A DNA stretch of 64,000 nt from Felis catus (GCF_018350175.1 NC_058368.1:6076001-6140000), one strand, 5' to 3'. Counted from the stretch's first letter, positions 23,480 to 36,681 are shown. The notes: generated from the sequence alone by a model not told the origin. Program-made: numbers and translations.

Positions 23480-24480
23480 CCGCTAGGCCCTTTTCTCTCC
23501 CGCAACAGAAACTAGGCCTTCCCTCCTACACGGCCACAGCTCCCGGGATCACAACTCCCCTCTCAAAGGCCTTCCTTCCCACCCTGCTCCCATTCAGATG
23601 TTACCAGGGTCAGGTGTCTTCAGTTTACTTCTGAGCCTTCACTTTCTTGCCACCCCCGCCCTCCGTCCCGCTACTGGTTCCTTTCCTGGCCGTTGCGACG
23701 CAAGCTCGCGCCGGGGTACGGTTCGCGGTACAGTAAACAAACCGGGCTCAGGGGCCCAACCAACCTCTTCCCTACCGAGCCTCAAGGAACGCTTCCCTTA
23801 GCGACCTGGATTCCCACAGGGAGGCAGGTGACAGACGGTGCATCTGAGCCAATCACCAGTTAGGGGAGGGCATTGAGAGAGCAGTTAACCAATCGGAGGA
23901 GAGACGGGGGCCAAGGAGGGCTTGCTTTCCTGAGCGTCTCCCGGAAGTAGTGGCCGACCCGCAGCCTTTCCCCCAGCTCACCTCGCCAGAAGCTGGGCAG
24001 TCCTCCTGCCCTGAGGAAAGTTCGCGGCGGGCGGCGCTCCTCTCGGGTCCTGGAAGGTTGTGACCGACGGGCGTGGGCGAGAGGGGCTTGTCTCCGGAGG
24101 CCGCTGCACCCTCTAATCGTCTACTGAAGGGAGAAGTCGGAAGCCCGTGCAGCAGCTTGGGGTCGTCCAGATGACGGGGAGGCTCTAGAGGAGGGACACA
24201 GGCCCTGGCCCTTCTTTCCCCGCTGCCAGGTCCCTCCTCGGACAAGCGCAGACGCTGCCCCGCCGGCTGGACGCTCGCTGGTGCGACTGAAAATTGTGTC
24301 CGGCGGGATCTAGGATGCTAGCGTTCCGCGCGTTCCGCCCCGTCAGGGCTCGCGGCCGGGACTGGTTGTCCCAGGGCCTCCTTCTAGAGTCCAAGTACGG
24401 GGCCGCTCAGCGCTCCTGCAGCCTTATAGTCCCAGGGACACATCCTGATTTCCACCCTTGGGAAATAGTAGCACCTACTC
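23480..24480 (-). promoter_or_regulatory. RNF6: RNF6 CpG-island promoter
   Basis: GC- and CpG-rich block in an AT-rich background. ETS/GABP motif CCGGAAGT at 23941-23948, CCAAT boxes near 23849 and 23889, and a degenerate ZNF143-like motif at about 24453-24471. Confidence 0.85.
23982..24300 (-). other. RNF6: Probable RNF6 non-coding exon 1 (TSS approximate)
   Basis: Lies inside the CpG island and ends at a consensus donor GAG|GTGAGC (GT at 23981-23980). Confidence 0.55.
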
Positions 24481-24917
24481 TGTGCCTTGTTGTGGCTCGT
24501 TTACGGAGCCTGGCTACAGATTGCAACCCAGCAGTCTGTTCTTGTCCCTTTACTGCCCCGGTAGCACGTAACTAATCAGCCAGGCTCTTCTCTTTATTGC
24601 TCACTGGCACCTGGAAACTACCAACCCTGATCATTCTAAAGTGCTTTTATCTGTGTTTCTTCACTTTCCTGCCAGGAATGCACTTGGAAACTCCCTGCAT
24701 TCATGTCTCTAGCTTTAATGCTGAGATGTGACACTTACCCAAACTCACTTCACCGTTAATTAAGCCCTTGACTGGGACTCTGCCCAGCCTGGTGTAGGCT
24801 CCTTTCCTGACCTCCCTACCATCCAGAAGGCTTAACCATTGCACAGTGCTCACACTGCTATTATTCTTCATTCGTTTGTTCATTAACTCATTCACTCATT
24901 CCTGCCTTAACTTTTTC

Positions 24918-25348
24918 GAAAGTTTATTTATTTAAAAAATATCTTTTTTAATGTTTATTTTTGAGACAGAGAGAGACAGAGCATGAAGGGGGAGGGGCAG
25001 AGAGAGAGGGAGACCCAGAATCGGAAGCAGGCTTCAGGCTCTGAGCCGGCAGCCCAGAGCCCACGCGGGGCTCGAACTCACGGACTGCAAGATGGTGACC
25101 TGAGCTGAAGTCGGACGCTTAACCGACTGAGGCACCCAGGCACCCCGAAAGTTTATTTATTTTGAGAGAGCGCACGTGTGCACAAGGGAGGGGCAGAGAG
25201 GGAGAGAGAGAATCCCAAGTAGGCTCTGCGCTGTCAGCGCAGATCCTGCCTCCGGACTCGATCTTGAGAACGGTGAGATCATGACCTGAGCCAAAATCAA
25301 GGGTCAGATGCTCAACAGACTGCGTGCCCTTTGCCACCCAGGTGCCCC
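24918..25348 (-). mobile_element. Tandem/nested CAN-SINE pair just upstream of the RNF6 promoter
   Basis: A younger SINE (~24940-25146) sits in the tail of an older one; duplications gaaagtttatt and tgccttaactttt. Confidence 0.88.
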
Positions 25349-26283
25349 TTGCCTTAACTTTTGAGGAGCTAGCCTATCCCTACCATTAGGCTTAGTGCCT
25401 GTGAAGAAGATGTATAGTCTTAAGCATGGGTGAGTTATTGCTTTAGTAGGGGTAAATGGGCCAAGTCACGAAAAAAAATCATATTGTTACAGATACTAAA
25501 ATGGAAATACATAAACAGCGACGTCTACCAGGCCCTTTGGGATATGTCTGCTGCATACCTCTATAGACCAATCTCTTCTTGGCATCCCAGAACTACTTGA
25601 AGTTCCTCAACAATCCTCTGGGAACTCCCAAGCAACACCCAAACCCACTTTTACCTAATTTCCTTTCCCAAGACCCAGATCATATCTCATCCTCAAGGCA
25701 CTTTATCTGAGACCTCTGAAGTAACGCCTCACTCCAGCATCCAGCCCAGTATTCACACATAAAACTAGACAGATGTCCCTTTGGGGGCTCCCGTAGCTCC
25801 CTCTGTATAACTCTACCTTAGCTTGTATTCATTTACTTAACAAATACTGGGTGCCGTTGTGCATTAGGTGCTAGTGATAACAGCAGGGAATAAGACAAAC
25901 AAGGTCCTTGCCCTCCTTGTCAGTGAAAAAGCCACTGAGCAAATACGATGATTTTCTGTTAAATTATAGGTCTCCTCCATCTAAGAGTCTAAAATCCTTA
26001 CGTTTGAACAAATGGTTTTATTCACTTTTATATCCCAGAATTTAGTGTAGCCCCTGACACGCTGTCCTTCGCTTACTGCATGGATGAGCAGAGAAAAATG
26101 CGAACTTTCTGCAAACAGGATTAATGCATGTTAGTACAATGACCTCAGAAATTGTGAGTTCAAGTTGGAGAAAGCCACATGTAAGACATCCACAGTTTAA
26201 GCAGAAGTCATTTTAAGTATCTATATGAGTTTTAAACAGTACTAATCCATCAAGTGCAAATACCTTCAAATGCTAAACTGAAA

Positions 26284-26319
26284 ACACACACATACGTGTG
26301 TGTGTGTGTGTGTGTATAC

Positions 26320-26355
<36 letters not shown>
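26284..26355 (+). repeat. Interrupted (CA)/(TG)n alternating purine-pyrimidine tract
   Basis: Directly visible. Confidence 0.95.
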
Positions 26356-26356
<1 letters not shown>

Positions 26357-29300
26357 AAACCTAAGAGTCAAAAAATGTAAAATCCTATCAAGTGATTTAG
26401 CTGGTGGAAACTGCAGATTTTTGTGACCAAATGGGTAGTATATGTAACTTGAATCCAATACCTCACTTCAGTTTTTGTAGCCCAAGACAAAGTAACTCTA
26501 AAGGGAGACGCAATATGGTAATTGGGACAGAGAGATAAATCATTCTGGACACCTGCGTTCCAAGCCTCATACCCTGCCCAAATCTCTGGTCTAATGAATC
26601 TCTGTTTACCGGAATTGTACCTAGCCTCTTAGTGTGTATGCATCTTTTAAGTTCAGGACTTTTTACAATTAAGAATAAAAAGGTATTAAGAGAATTTAAA
26701 CCATGACATTAAAAAGATCCTCTGTATATTTGGTGTCTTGAGTACTTACAATGGCAACCTTAATTAAAATTTAAAATGCAAAACTGAGTAGTTGAGTTAG
26801 ACATCTAAGTTTCAGCTGAAATCTTGATGAGTTTGTGGACAGCATTGGAACAGCCACGAGAAATCCAGATTCGTCATAATCATTTTTATGGTGAACTTTA
26901 AAAATTATTCCTTAAGGATTCGGGAAGGCATTAGATGCAACACTTGAAGTACTTATGGAAGGAACATCTCTTACAGAACCAACCAAAAAGCTGCCACCTT
27001 CAAGGTTGCTTCTGGAAGTCCTGAGTCAAGAAGGTACTGCAGCAGTTGCTACAGTACAGCGATCTGGAAGCCAACAGCCGAAAGCCTCTGTCACCACCAC
27101 CATCGGTTATCTCTTAACATCAGCAAAGCCAGTAACTGGGTGCTGAATCACTACTGCAGAAGATCCTCCCCTCTCTACAACCCCTTCACCATCAAGAGAC
27201 ACAGCCCAAGGCGGGTAGAAATACGGCCTCGGCTTTGGCTCAGTTTTCCACATCTTGGTGAATACATTTTAACTGGCAGAATGTAATTTGCATTAGAACT
27301 GCAGTCACAGAAAAGTCTGGGTAATGTCACTTTTAGCGTTCCAGCCTTTATGCAAGATGGTACACTAGCAGAAGGAAAGAATGGAGATTGAGGAAGGAGA
27401 TCCAAAGCATCCAAAACTAGTCTCAACCTATCCAGTTAGGCCGGAGACTGTCTTCTAGGGGGTCATGCCCCCTAGAAATAGAGTCTGAGACAAGAATTCC
27501 TGTTCAGGTGATGTATTAGGGAAGTACTCTCTGGAGAAGGGAAGTGAAGGAAGCAGGATTGGCCAGGAGGATAAAGAAATAAGAATGAACCTCAGCTGAT
27601 CCCAAAAATTCACCAGCAGGTGTTATCCAAGAAGGCCAGCCTTTTTGTACCTCCATGCCATTGGATGAGGTCTGCAGGGGCAGGAGAACCATTCTCTGGG
27701 GAAGGTGGCATCGTGAATTGTCATCCAACAGAGTGGCTGAAATATAGGTGCACTAGCCTATGAAGTGGATTTCGGCAGAGCCCAAAGAGAATTCACTGTA
27801 GTCGGCCCTTTGCAATGCTTAGATCACTAACTTTTCACGTTAAGTTACTCCATCCAAGCACGATTTTCCCAGACTTCTTATTTGTCACAATTTCTGGGAA
27901 ATGTTATAAGAGGAGAGTAATAGGACAAACTAGTCTCCACTGCTGCAGCTGGTCTCAAGGCCATAACTGATACTCCTTATCTCCACGTCTACCACCCTTT
28001 CTAGATTCCCCTCCACCCCAGCTATCACTTCTGCTAGTATAGGTGGCTTGACTGATAGACTGACCCAGGCACTGTACCCTAGGAGGTTTAATACCCTGGT
28101 TATTATGCTGTGGTTGCTGCACTTACCTGTTTATAGTTACAACCAGACATGGGAATACCAAGAAACGCCCCAGTGGACCACCTCAGGCCAAGCACACTCT
28201 TCTCTGTCTCCATTATGTAGCGGCAGCCCCAAGTCCTGCTGATTTGTCAGTCTTATGGCATTAGGGACCCAAAGTGCCCAGAGAAGAAACATTGCTCTAA
28301 GTTTAGTGGGGCTCTTACAGTGCCCTCTGAAGGAAGCATCCCACGTCTGAGTATCAGGCTCTCTAGGCTAGCAGGGCCTCAAGTCGCAGAGACAGGAAAC
28401 ACAAAGTCTCCAAATGGATCACTGGGAGCCATGGTGAGCAGGCCACTCCTAGTTTTATCCCTTGGTCTCTGGACCCATGTATTCTACCTACTAGGGACCC
28501 TTGACCCATGTTATGGCCATTGATTGAAGAAGTGTATTGCATCCTGAAGAATACTGATCCAACCTCACGAGGTGTCGTTTCCAACCTGGAGCCTCAGCTA
28601 TGCCTGCAACAGGCCATTGCTCCAGTCCATCAAGCTGACAGCTTCCAGCGGTGTGGTGTGTGGTATGTGTTACAACCAGGGGAGCCTCTGGTCAAGTGCC
28701 CGCCACCACACCATCTTGCTGTAAAGTACGCCCCTTGGTCAGCGGCAGCATTTTGTGACGTCCTGTGTCAGAATATCAGACCTCAATCTGAGGCAGTGTT
28801 CTGTCAGATTCCACGTCAGAGTCCTTGGATAGTGTGCTGGATGAAGTGCTGTGGGCACGAAAAGCAGACCCACCCTTAGAACACATGTCAAACCTAGTCA
28901 GGATGAAATGTCACTGTTTCCATGTCGGGCGGGCTCAGTGCAATCAACTTGCCACCCAGCGGCTGTGTGGCCTTCTTAGAAGCTCAGTACTGGTCTCTGC
29001 TGCTGACAGGTCAGACATTTAGTGGTGGACTAACTCTGTTGGCTTTGGAGAGAGAGTCCAAGTTGTTTGACCCATTCATCCCTCCATCTCTGCCACCATG
29101 GCTTCTCCATCCACCGGCCTGCTGTGTCAGAACTTGGGTGACCCCTGATGTAGGCTGACCAACATCTGCTGGCCTACTCATCCTGCTTGAGTTAGCACCT
29201 CTTCTGCAGTGGACACTGTCTAATGGGCATTATTTGCCATAAAAATCCTCACACTCTGTGCTCTCCCGTAGATCCAGCCATCTGTCTCCTCTCCAGCCTT

Positions 29301-31467
29301 CCCCAATCTTTTTTCTTCCAACCCCTGACCAATAAGCTAAGCTAACCTCTGTCACTGTAGAGTACCCCCTTACCCTGGCCACCTCTGTCTCCGAAGTCGA
29401 TGACTGAATGCATTGCCTGAAACTCTGCCAACTGGGAAGATTTCCTTCTACCACTCTCTTTCAGAGCCGCCTCTGAGTGGGGCTAAATCACAGCAGCAGA
29501 TATTTTCAGCTTGTATCCGGACCCAGGTGACCCATCCACGAACCAAGCTTGGGTTTTTCCTTCTGTGTCAAATGGTCACAGGGGCCCCCTCGAGGCCATG
29601 ACTATGTGTGGAGGGAGAAGCATTGGTTCAACAGTGGTAGGTGACATGGGGATCTCAGCTACCTGTTATGCAGCTCACTGCCTAATCCCAGATGCGTGAA
29701 ATGGCTTACAGCCCACTGCCACTGCACCCCCCTGATCTGCTGACACAGTTAATCCGGCAGAACCCGACTTACAATCACTTGGTGTCTCATTTTAGACGCT
29801 TAGTTTCTACGAGGGCCCAGTAGCATGACAGGAGCTGTTTTTCAAATGCTGAATAATTCTGGGCTGCAGATGGCATGGCCTTGCTCCAGAACCCTGGGGT
29901 CTGTGCTATGACTCGCCTATTGGGGCTTTGCAGAAGCACTAAATGGCATTTTTCTCTACAACAGATACCTCTAGTACCATGGGATCTGCTGGCTCACAGG
30001 GCCCCAGTAGCAAGGCTGCTTGTGCCATGGGATGTACCTACCTGGGCCTTCCTAAAAGGTAGCAACCTTCCAAGTCACTTGATAAATATATCCCCAAGTG
30101 CAGTGAATGTGCAAAGCTACCGAGGCCTCTGAGCATTCTGCTGTTTTCTTCGCGGTGGAGATGCACAGTCCAATAACTTGCCCTGTGCTTCAGAGATGCT
30201 CCAGCATGCCTAGATCACTGGACCCCCAAAACCTTCACTGATGGGGCAGGCCCCTGACGCTTTGTAAGACTTATCGCTCAACTTCTGGAGCAAATGTATA
30301 TTACCAAGACACTCAGAGTCCTTGCCGCTTCTTGCTTCTAAGTTCCAAATAACACAGTATGGATGCATACTGCTTCTGATCCTTCTTCCCGGTGAATAAC
30401 GGGAAAGAACACCCCTGCAGATTGATAACTGCATACATGTACCAAGGACGTATTAACATACCCTAGTAAAGATACAAAATCTGGCAAATCAGCTGTAATG
30501 GGGCCAACAATTGGTTAAGTTTGTGGTGTTCCACTGTCGTATGTCCTCATCTATCAAGTTTCTGCAAAGGTCAGACTGGCAAGTTAAATAAAGCTATGAC
30601 AAGGAACACCATGCCTTCATTTTCAAAATCCTTGTGGGTGGTATGAATCTCTCCCATCCCCCCTGGCCTGCAACACAGCCTTTTAAATTACTATCTTGGT
30701 AAAAGAGAGGTGGTTTTAGGGACTGCTCCTTGGAGTTTCTTACTATAGTAGCTCAAGGAACCAATGTGAGGATTCTGCCAACAGCTAAGCATTCCAATTC
30801 TGATGATACATTTGGGAAGCAGAGAAACATCTGAGGCCGTGGACTCAGCGGACCCAGTCTGAGACGGGCATGAGTCAGAGCTCCGGTTATTACCTGACTC
30901 CCTGTTGGCTCTTCCTTGTACGAATGCAACTTCTCTTTCGACTGGTTGGTTTTGAGTCTAAGAGATGACTCCAGTCTGGAGATTGCACAAGAGACCATGA
31001 CTTTCTATTGTGGTGCCTGACCTCAACCTTCTGCTAGCCCATTATTAAGTAAGGGTTGTGTTCTATTTACATACATTTAGCACTGTTCTTTCTCACTGCT
31101 CATCTCTCTTGTTCCTACAAGCACTCTGTGGAATCCTCTCCGTGGATCCCTGAAGGTCAGGCCCCTGAAAGTCCAACTTGGCCACCCATCATAGTAATTA
31201 AATGGTTCTAATGGTTAAGTGCTTCTATGGCTCAGTGCCGTCACCTGGCCTCTGCTGTTCTGGAATTCTTTAATCCCCTTTGCTACCAGAAAGCCCAGCA
31301 ATACTGTCTCTTATTATCAGCTTCAGCCTACAGAGAACAGTCTCTTAGTGATGCTGGTACCCCTTTCACCTGTGAATTTCTTATTGCCTTCGTTTTCTCT
31401 GGGAACTCTTGAGAAAAACAATCAGCTGGTGGGCTTTCTGATCTTCTGTAATAGATCCATCCTATCA

Positions 31468-32005
31468 TGCTATTATGGATTGAATGTTTGTGTCCCCCCC
31501 CCCCACCCCGCCAATTCATATGTTGAAATCAAACCCACAGTGTGGGGTATTAGGAGGTGGAGCCTTTGGAAGATGATTAGGTAATGGGGGTGGAACCCTC
31601 ATGAACGGGATTAGTTCCCTTTTAAGAGAAGGCTAGAGAGCTAGTTTGCTGTCTTTCTGCCACGTGAGGATACAAGAAGTTGAATTCTGCAACCCATAAG
31701 AGGGTCCACAGGACGCCTAGATGGCTCAGTCGGTTAAGCGTCTGGCTCTTGATTTCAGCTCAGGTCATGATCTCATGGGTCGTGAGTTTGAGCCCCACAA
31801 CGGGATCTGCACTGACAGCACAGAGCCTGCTTGGGATTCTGTCTTCCTCTCTCTCTGCCCCTCCCCTGCTTGCTCTTTATCTCTTTCTAAAAATAAATAA
31901 AAATAAACTTAAAAAAAAAAAGAAGGTCCTCACTAGATCCCAACCATGCTGGCACCCTGATTTCAGACTTCCAGCCTCCAAAACTGTGGGAAATAAATAT
32001 CTGTT
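31468..32005 (+). mobile_element. MaLR LTR (MLT1A-like) inserted in the ERV-L provirus, itself interrupted by a CAN-SINE (~31710-31921)
   Basis: tgctat(t)atggattgaatgtttgtgtcccc...ggagcctttggaagatgattaggt...gctggcaccctgatttcagacttccagcctccaaaactgtgggaaataaat. Confidence 0.8.
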
Positions 32006-32208
32006 TTTTTTTTAAATGCTTATTTTGTGAGAGAGAGAGCATGTGTATGCCCAAGTGGGGGAGGGGCAGAGAGAGGAGAAAGAATCTGAAGCAGGCTCTG
32101 TCCTGTCGGCACAGAGCCAGATGCGGGGCTCGAACCCACGAACCATGAGATTGTGGCTTGAGCAGAAATCAAGAGCCATATGCTTAACCAACTAAACCAC
32201 CCAGGGGG
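32005..32208 (-). mobile_element. CAN-SINE
   Basis: Antisense SINE abutting the MLT1A-like LTR. Confidence 0.85.
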
Positions 32209-33653
32209 TTTCATGGGGAAATGCTCCTATACTGGCAAATTCTCCTTTCTCTTGCTTTCTGGTCTACCCGCCTTGCTCCAGCACAATTGTGGTCCTCTCT
32301 GACACTTTCTCTCTGTTTTTGCTGGTGAAAAGTTATTTAGGTCCAATTGTTCTTTGGCTTATAACCCCCCTCTACTTACAGCATGACCAGCACGTCCCTA
32401 ACTGAGTTATGATGAAACGCGACCCCCAAGTTTTTGGTCTGGTATCCAAAAGTAGGCAGTGGAAAATCCTTGCCTTCATCTGAGATTCCTGAGTGGCAAG
32501 GCAAGGAAGGTGCTATCTTCTAGCAAGGGGCAAAGACCACTTCTGCAGGCCCATTAATTCAGGGGAGGGTGGGGGTTCACGTGCCGCACCTACCGGGCAA
32601 AGAGATCCGTGTGCTTCAGGGTCCTTCTCAGTGCCCTGCCTTAGGGCAGAACAGATCTGCCTTGACCGAGCATTCAGCCTTCCCTGCAGTGCTGCTGCAA
32701 GTTAGACCTCCACCTGCCCCCCCTCAGCTCAGTCTGTTGTCGGCTGCAGGTGATGATGGGCTCTTGAAATGCCGTCAGGAAGGCCCTCTGACTCTCACGC
32801 TTCACTTTTAAGTCACGACGAAGTGACTTGAGCCCGCCATCTTCTTTCCTTGGTACGTCAGCGGTGCCCAGCGGTGGCCATCCAATTGCACAGACCTTAG
32901 AATAACCACTTCCTCCATATCCCTCAACTGCCAGGCAACCAACCGGTGTGTTCTCTTCCGCCTGTGGCACACACCAACTCTCCACAGGCGAAGGGCTTAG
33001 CAGCCACACCGCTTCCCATGCCAGGGCTGTCAAGACTCCACTGAGGGCTTTGTGGCCCGTCGCCCAGCAAATGATCCAGCTCCAAAAGTTCATCCTTGCT
33101 TCCTGGGATTCCTCCAGGGATCAACTATCTTTGGTCGGACTCCCTAGACACAGAGCCTGAGTCAGTGATTTACTGACGGAGGATTCTTCAGGAAAAATCT
33201 TTCAGTAGTGAGGGAAGAAGAGGAGGGGGGAAACCTGAGCAAAGGTTGGCTAACGTCTAACGTAGCGTGGTTCTTTCATTTGGGAAAGAAAATCAATCCA
33301 ATCTCCCTCTGCGTGGCTCTTTTAGGACTCATTAGCTCTGGCATCTCTACTTCTGGAGAAGATTCAGTGGCCTTGACTTTGGTTAGGTCTTCTTTCTGTG
33401 TGATCTTCTAGTAACTCCTAGTAACCAGGGTCTTTCACTTACCACATGATATAATTGTCTTCCTATTTGAGGAAGAGAAAGAGAAGTAACACCTATGTTA
33501 CTCCTCTCTCTGAGGGTCTTAATATGCCTTAGGGTGAGGGGAGAGGTAGGTAAGGATAGGTATAGGTATATAGTTTACATAACTCCTGTTATACATACAG
33601 ATAATTCAGATATATTTATAGCTCTACCCTGAATCCCTTAATATCCACTAGCC

Positions 33654-33835
33654 CAGTGGTTCTCAATTCTGGCTACAATTAGAATCCTCTAAGGAGCTAT
33701 TAAAATTTTTGGCACGTGGGCCTGCCTACCAAAATATTCAGATTTACTTGGTCTAGGATTGGACCTGGGTGTCAGTGATTTTTTTTTTAAAGCTCTCAGA
33801 TTATTCTAATGTACAATTAGGTTTGAGAAGCACTG
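33654..33835. mobile_element. MER5-like hAT DNA transposon
   Basis: Terminal inverted repeats cagtggttctcaa...ttgagaagcactg. Confidence 0.75.
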
Positions 33836-33943
33836 AACTAGATTGTGAGGTGCATGGGGCAGGCGTATGGCCCTATTCCTCTAGATATTTTCAGGGTCTA
33901 CCTCGGTATCTGCGGAAGGCATCCAATGATATCGAATAAATGA

Positions 33944-34683
33944 TGGGGCGCCTGGGTGGCTCAGTCAGTTAAACATCCGACTCTTGATTTCAGCTCAGGT
34001 TATAACCTCACAGTTTGTGAGCTCAAGCCCTGCGTCAAGCCCTGAGCTGGCCATGTGGAGCCTGCTTGAGATTCTCTCTCCCTCTCTCTCTGCCCCTGCC
34101 TGCTCGCTCTCGCTCTCTTTCTCTCTCTAAAAGTAAATAAATAAACTTAAAAAAAGATTTAAATAATATCGAATGAATGAATGAAAACAAGTAGAGAGAG
34201 AAGTGCAATCTCTTCCCTGTTTACGACATACACGGACATTTAACAATATTAAATCACATTTGTAAATAAGCTTGACCTGGGGCGCCTGGGTGGCTCAGTT
34301 GGTTAAGCATCTGACTCCTTTTTTTTTTTTTAATTTTTTTTTCAACGTTTTTATTTATTTTGGGGACAGAGAGAGACAGAGCATGAATGGGGAGGGGCAG
34401 AGAGAGAGGGAGACGCAGAATCGGAAACAGGCTCCAGGCTCTGAGCCATCAGCCCAGAGCCCGACGCGGGGCTCGAACTCACGGACCGCAAGATCGTGAC
34501 CTGGCTGAAGTCGGACGCTTAACCGACTGCGCCACCCAGGCACCCCAAGCATCTGACTCTTGATTTCGGTTCAGCTCATGACTCCCAGTTGGTGGGTTTG
34601 AGCCTCGTGTAGGGCTCTGCCCTAACCATGTGGAGCCTGCCTTGGATACTTTCTTTCCCTCTGTCTGCCCCTCCCCTGCTCGT

Positions 34684-34746
<63 letters not shown>

Positions 34747-34785
34747 CTCTCTCAAAATAAATAAACTTAAGAAAAAAAAAAAAAA
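33944..34785 (+). mobile_element. CAN-SINE cluster: plus SINE 33944-~34155; plus SINE 34279-~34785 split by a young minus SINE 34318-34546
   Basis: TSD aagcatctgactc at 34305-34317 and 34547-34559; expanded (CT)n at 34686-34742. Confidence 0.92.
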
Positions 34786-35419
34786 GTTGACCGAAGCAAA
34801 CTTTCTGTTCTGATGGTCACAGATATTCCCGGAAGAGGTTAAAAGTCACCACATTCTGCCCAGACTCAAAAAAAGACAGTTTTGGCAAATGAGTGGAAGA
34901 TGAAAGCATATCTATTTTTCTGGAAGAGGCAAGGGAACAGGGATGGACGAGTTCATAAGAAGGTCAACGTCAGTGGGGAAGGAAATAAACATTTATGAGT
35001 ACCCGCCATGTTCCAGACACTATACCAGCTGTTTTCATGACAGCCAAAAGGGCACAGTGGACCATAGGAGCTCAGTAAATATTGCCGGAGGACTGAGTGC
35101 TGATGGAGCAGAGAGAGGGTGGGTGAGCGGAGGAATCACTCCGCGTAAGAAATAGTCCACATAGGCCCCACTGAGAACTGTCTTTTCAAAATATGAAGGA
35201 CATCATATCTGGAAAGAACGACACTGAACTGGGCTGGGAACGAGAACAGGAGACGAGAACTTAAATCTGGAAGTGCCGGAAATTCATTTCAATAATCACT
35301 GTTTATGGTTCAGAATGCGTATTCCAGAGAAATCATGCAGGGTAATTCCCAGCCTAGCCCCCAAATACACATTTAATCTGCAGTGGATGTAAATTATTAA
35401 TTGTCCAAATATGGGTTTT

Positions 35420-36624
35420 AAATTTTGTTTAATGTTTATTTATTTTTGAGACACAGAGAGAGCATGAGCAGGGGAGGGGCAGAGAGAGGGAGACACAGAA
35501 TCCGAAGCAGGCTCCGAGCTGCCAGCACAGAGCCCCATGAGGGCTCGAACCCACGGACCGCGAGATCATGCCCTGAAGCCAAAGTCAGACGCTCAACCAA
35601 ATGAGCCACCCAGGCGCCCTTAAGTGTGGGTTTTACTTCCTGTGATCAGCTGCACGTACTATAAACTACTGCAGGGATGGGAGCGGGGAGATGACGAGGA
35701 TTTTCTGACAGTCACTTAGAAATGAAGTTTCTGGGGCGCCTGGGTGGCTCAGTCGGTTAAGCAGACGACTTCAGCTCAGGTCACGATCTCGCGGTCCCGT
35801 GAGTTCGAGCCCCGCGTGGGGCTCTGGGCTGACGGCTCAGAGCCTGGAGCCTGTTTCCGATTCTGTGTCTCTCTCTCTGCCCCTCCCCTGTTTGCTCTGT
35901 CTCTCTCTGTCTCAAAAATAAATAAAACGTTAAAAAAAATTAAAAAAAAAAGAAATGAAGTTTCTGGGGTTCCTGGGGGGCTCAGTCGTTCTGACACTGG
36001 CTCAGGCCATGATCTCACAGCTTGAGAGTTCGAGCCCCACTTCAGGCTCGCTACTGTCGGTGAGGAGCCCACTTTAGATTTTCTATTCCTCCCTCTCTCT
36101 GTCCCTCCCCCCGCTCGCTCTCTCGCTCTCAGAAATACATAAAACATTACAAAAATTTTTTAAAAAAAGAAACGAAGTTTCTAATCTACAAATTACGTTT
36201 GGAAATTTGTAAATTGCTGATCAGAACTTAAAACTCATTTCATCAAAAAAAAAAAAAAAAAAGTATCCATGGTGGCTTCGTTTCTGTCTAGCCCACAAAG
36301 CTTAACTTGGTTGAAATTAACTTTTTTAAAAATTTAATTTGATCCTCCTACTGTCCTTGCCCTTTGAGTTTGTTCTTTTTTCAGTTGCTTCTCTTATTAT
36401 CTGTGTGAATTTGGGCAAATTACTTAATCTCTATATGCCTCTGTGTCCTAATCTGTAAAATGACAACCATAGGACCTACCTAATTCTGGGGATTAAGTGA
36501 GTTAATACCTGGCACATAGAAAATATTCAATAAATAATAGCTATTTCCTTTTTTACTTTTTAAAGTTTATTTAATTATTTTTGAGAGAGTGTGCATGCGC
36601 GTGCATACACACGTGGAGGGGAAG

Positions 36625-36681
<57 letters not shown>

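Larger units (their letters stand above)
27449..33300 (-). mobile_element. Degenerate class III (ERV-L type, LTR16/LTR33-like) provirus: 5'LTR remnant from 33126, gag from ~33093, pol ~30.6-28.4 kb, PPT ~27812-27801, 3'LTR 27800-27449
   Basis: Minus-strand remnants: gag MNFWSWI...IGWPPL...LKVKRESQRAFLTAFQEPIITCSR; RT TVEHHKLNQLLAP and QGPAPSVKVLGVQ; NYSAFEKQLLSCYWALVETKRL; integrase SHGGRDGG...CLTCQQQRPVLS, WQVD and FILTRFDMCSKGGSAF. Similar LTR ends (cctagaaatagagtctgagac and ccctagacacagagcctgagtc) at both sides. Many stops and frameshifts. Confidence 0.85.

Noticed and set aside
23853..24575. ORFs across the RNF6 CpG island
   Set aside because: GC-driven open frames with no recognisable product; they do not splice in frame to RNF6 through the uORF-laden leader.
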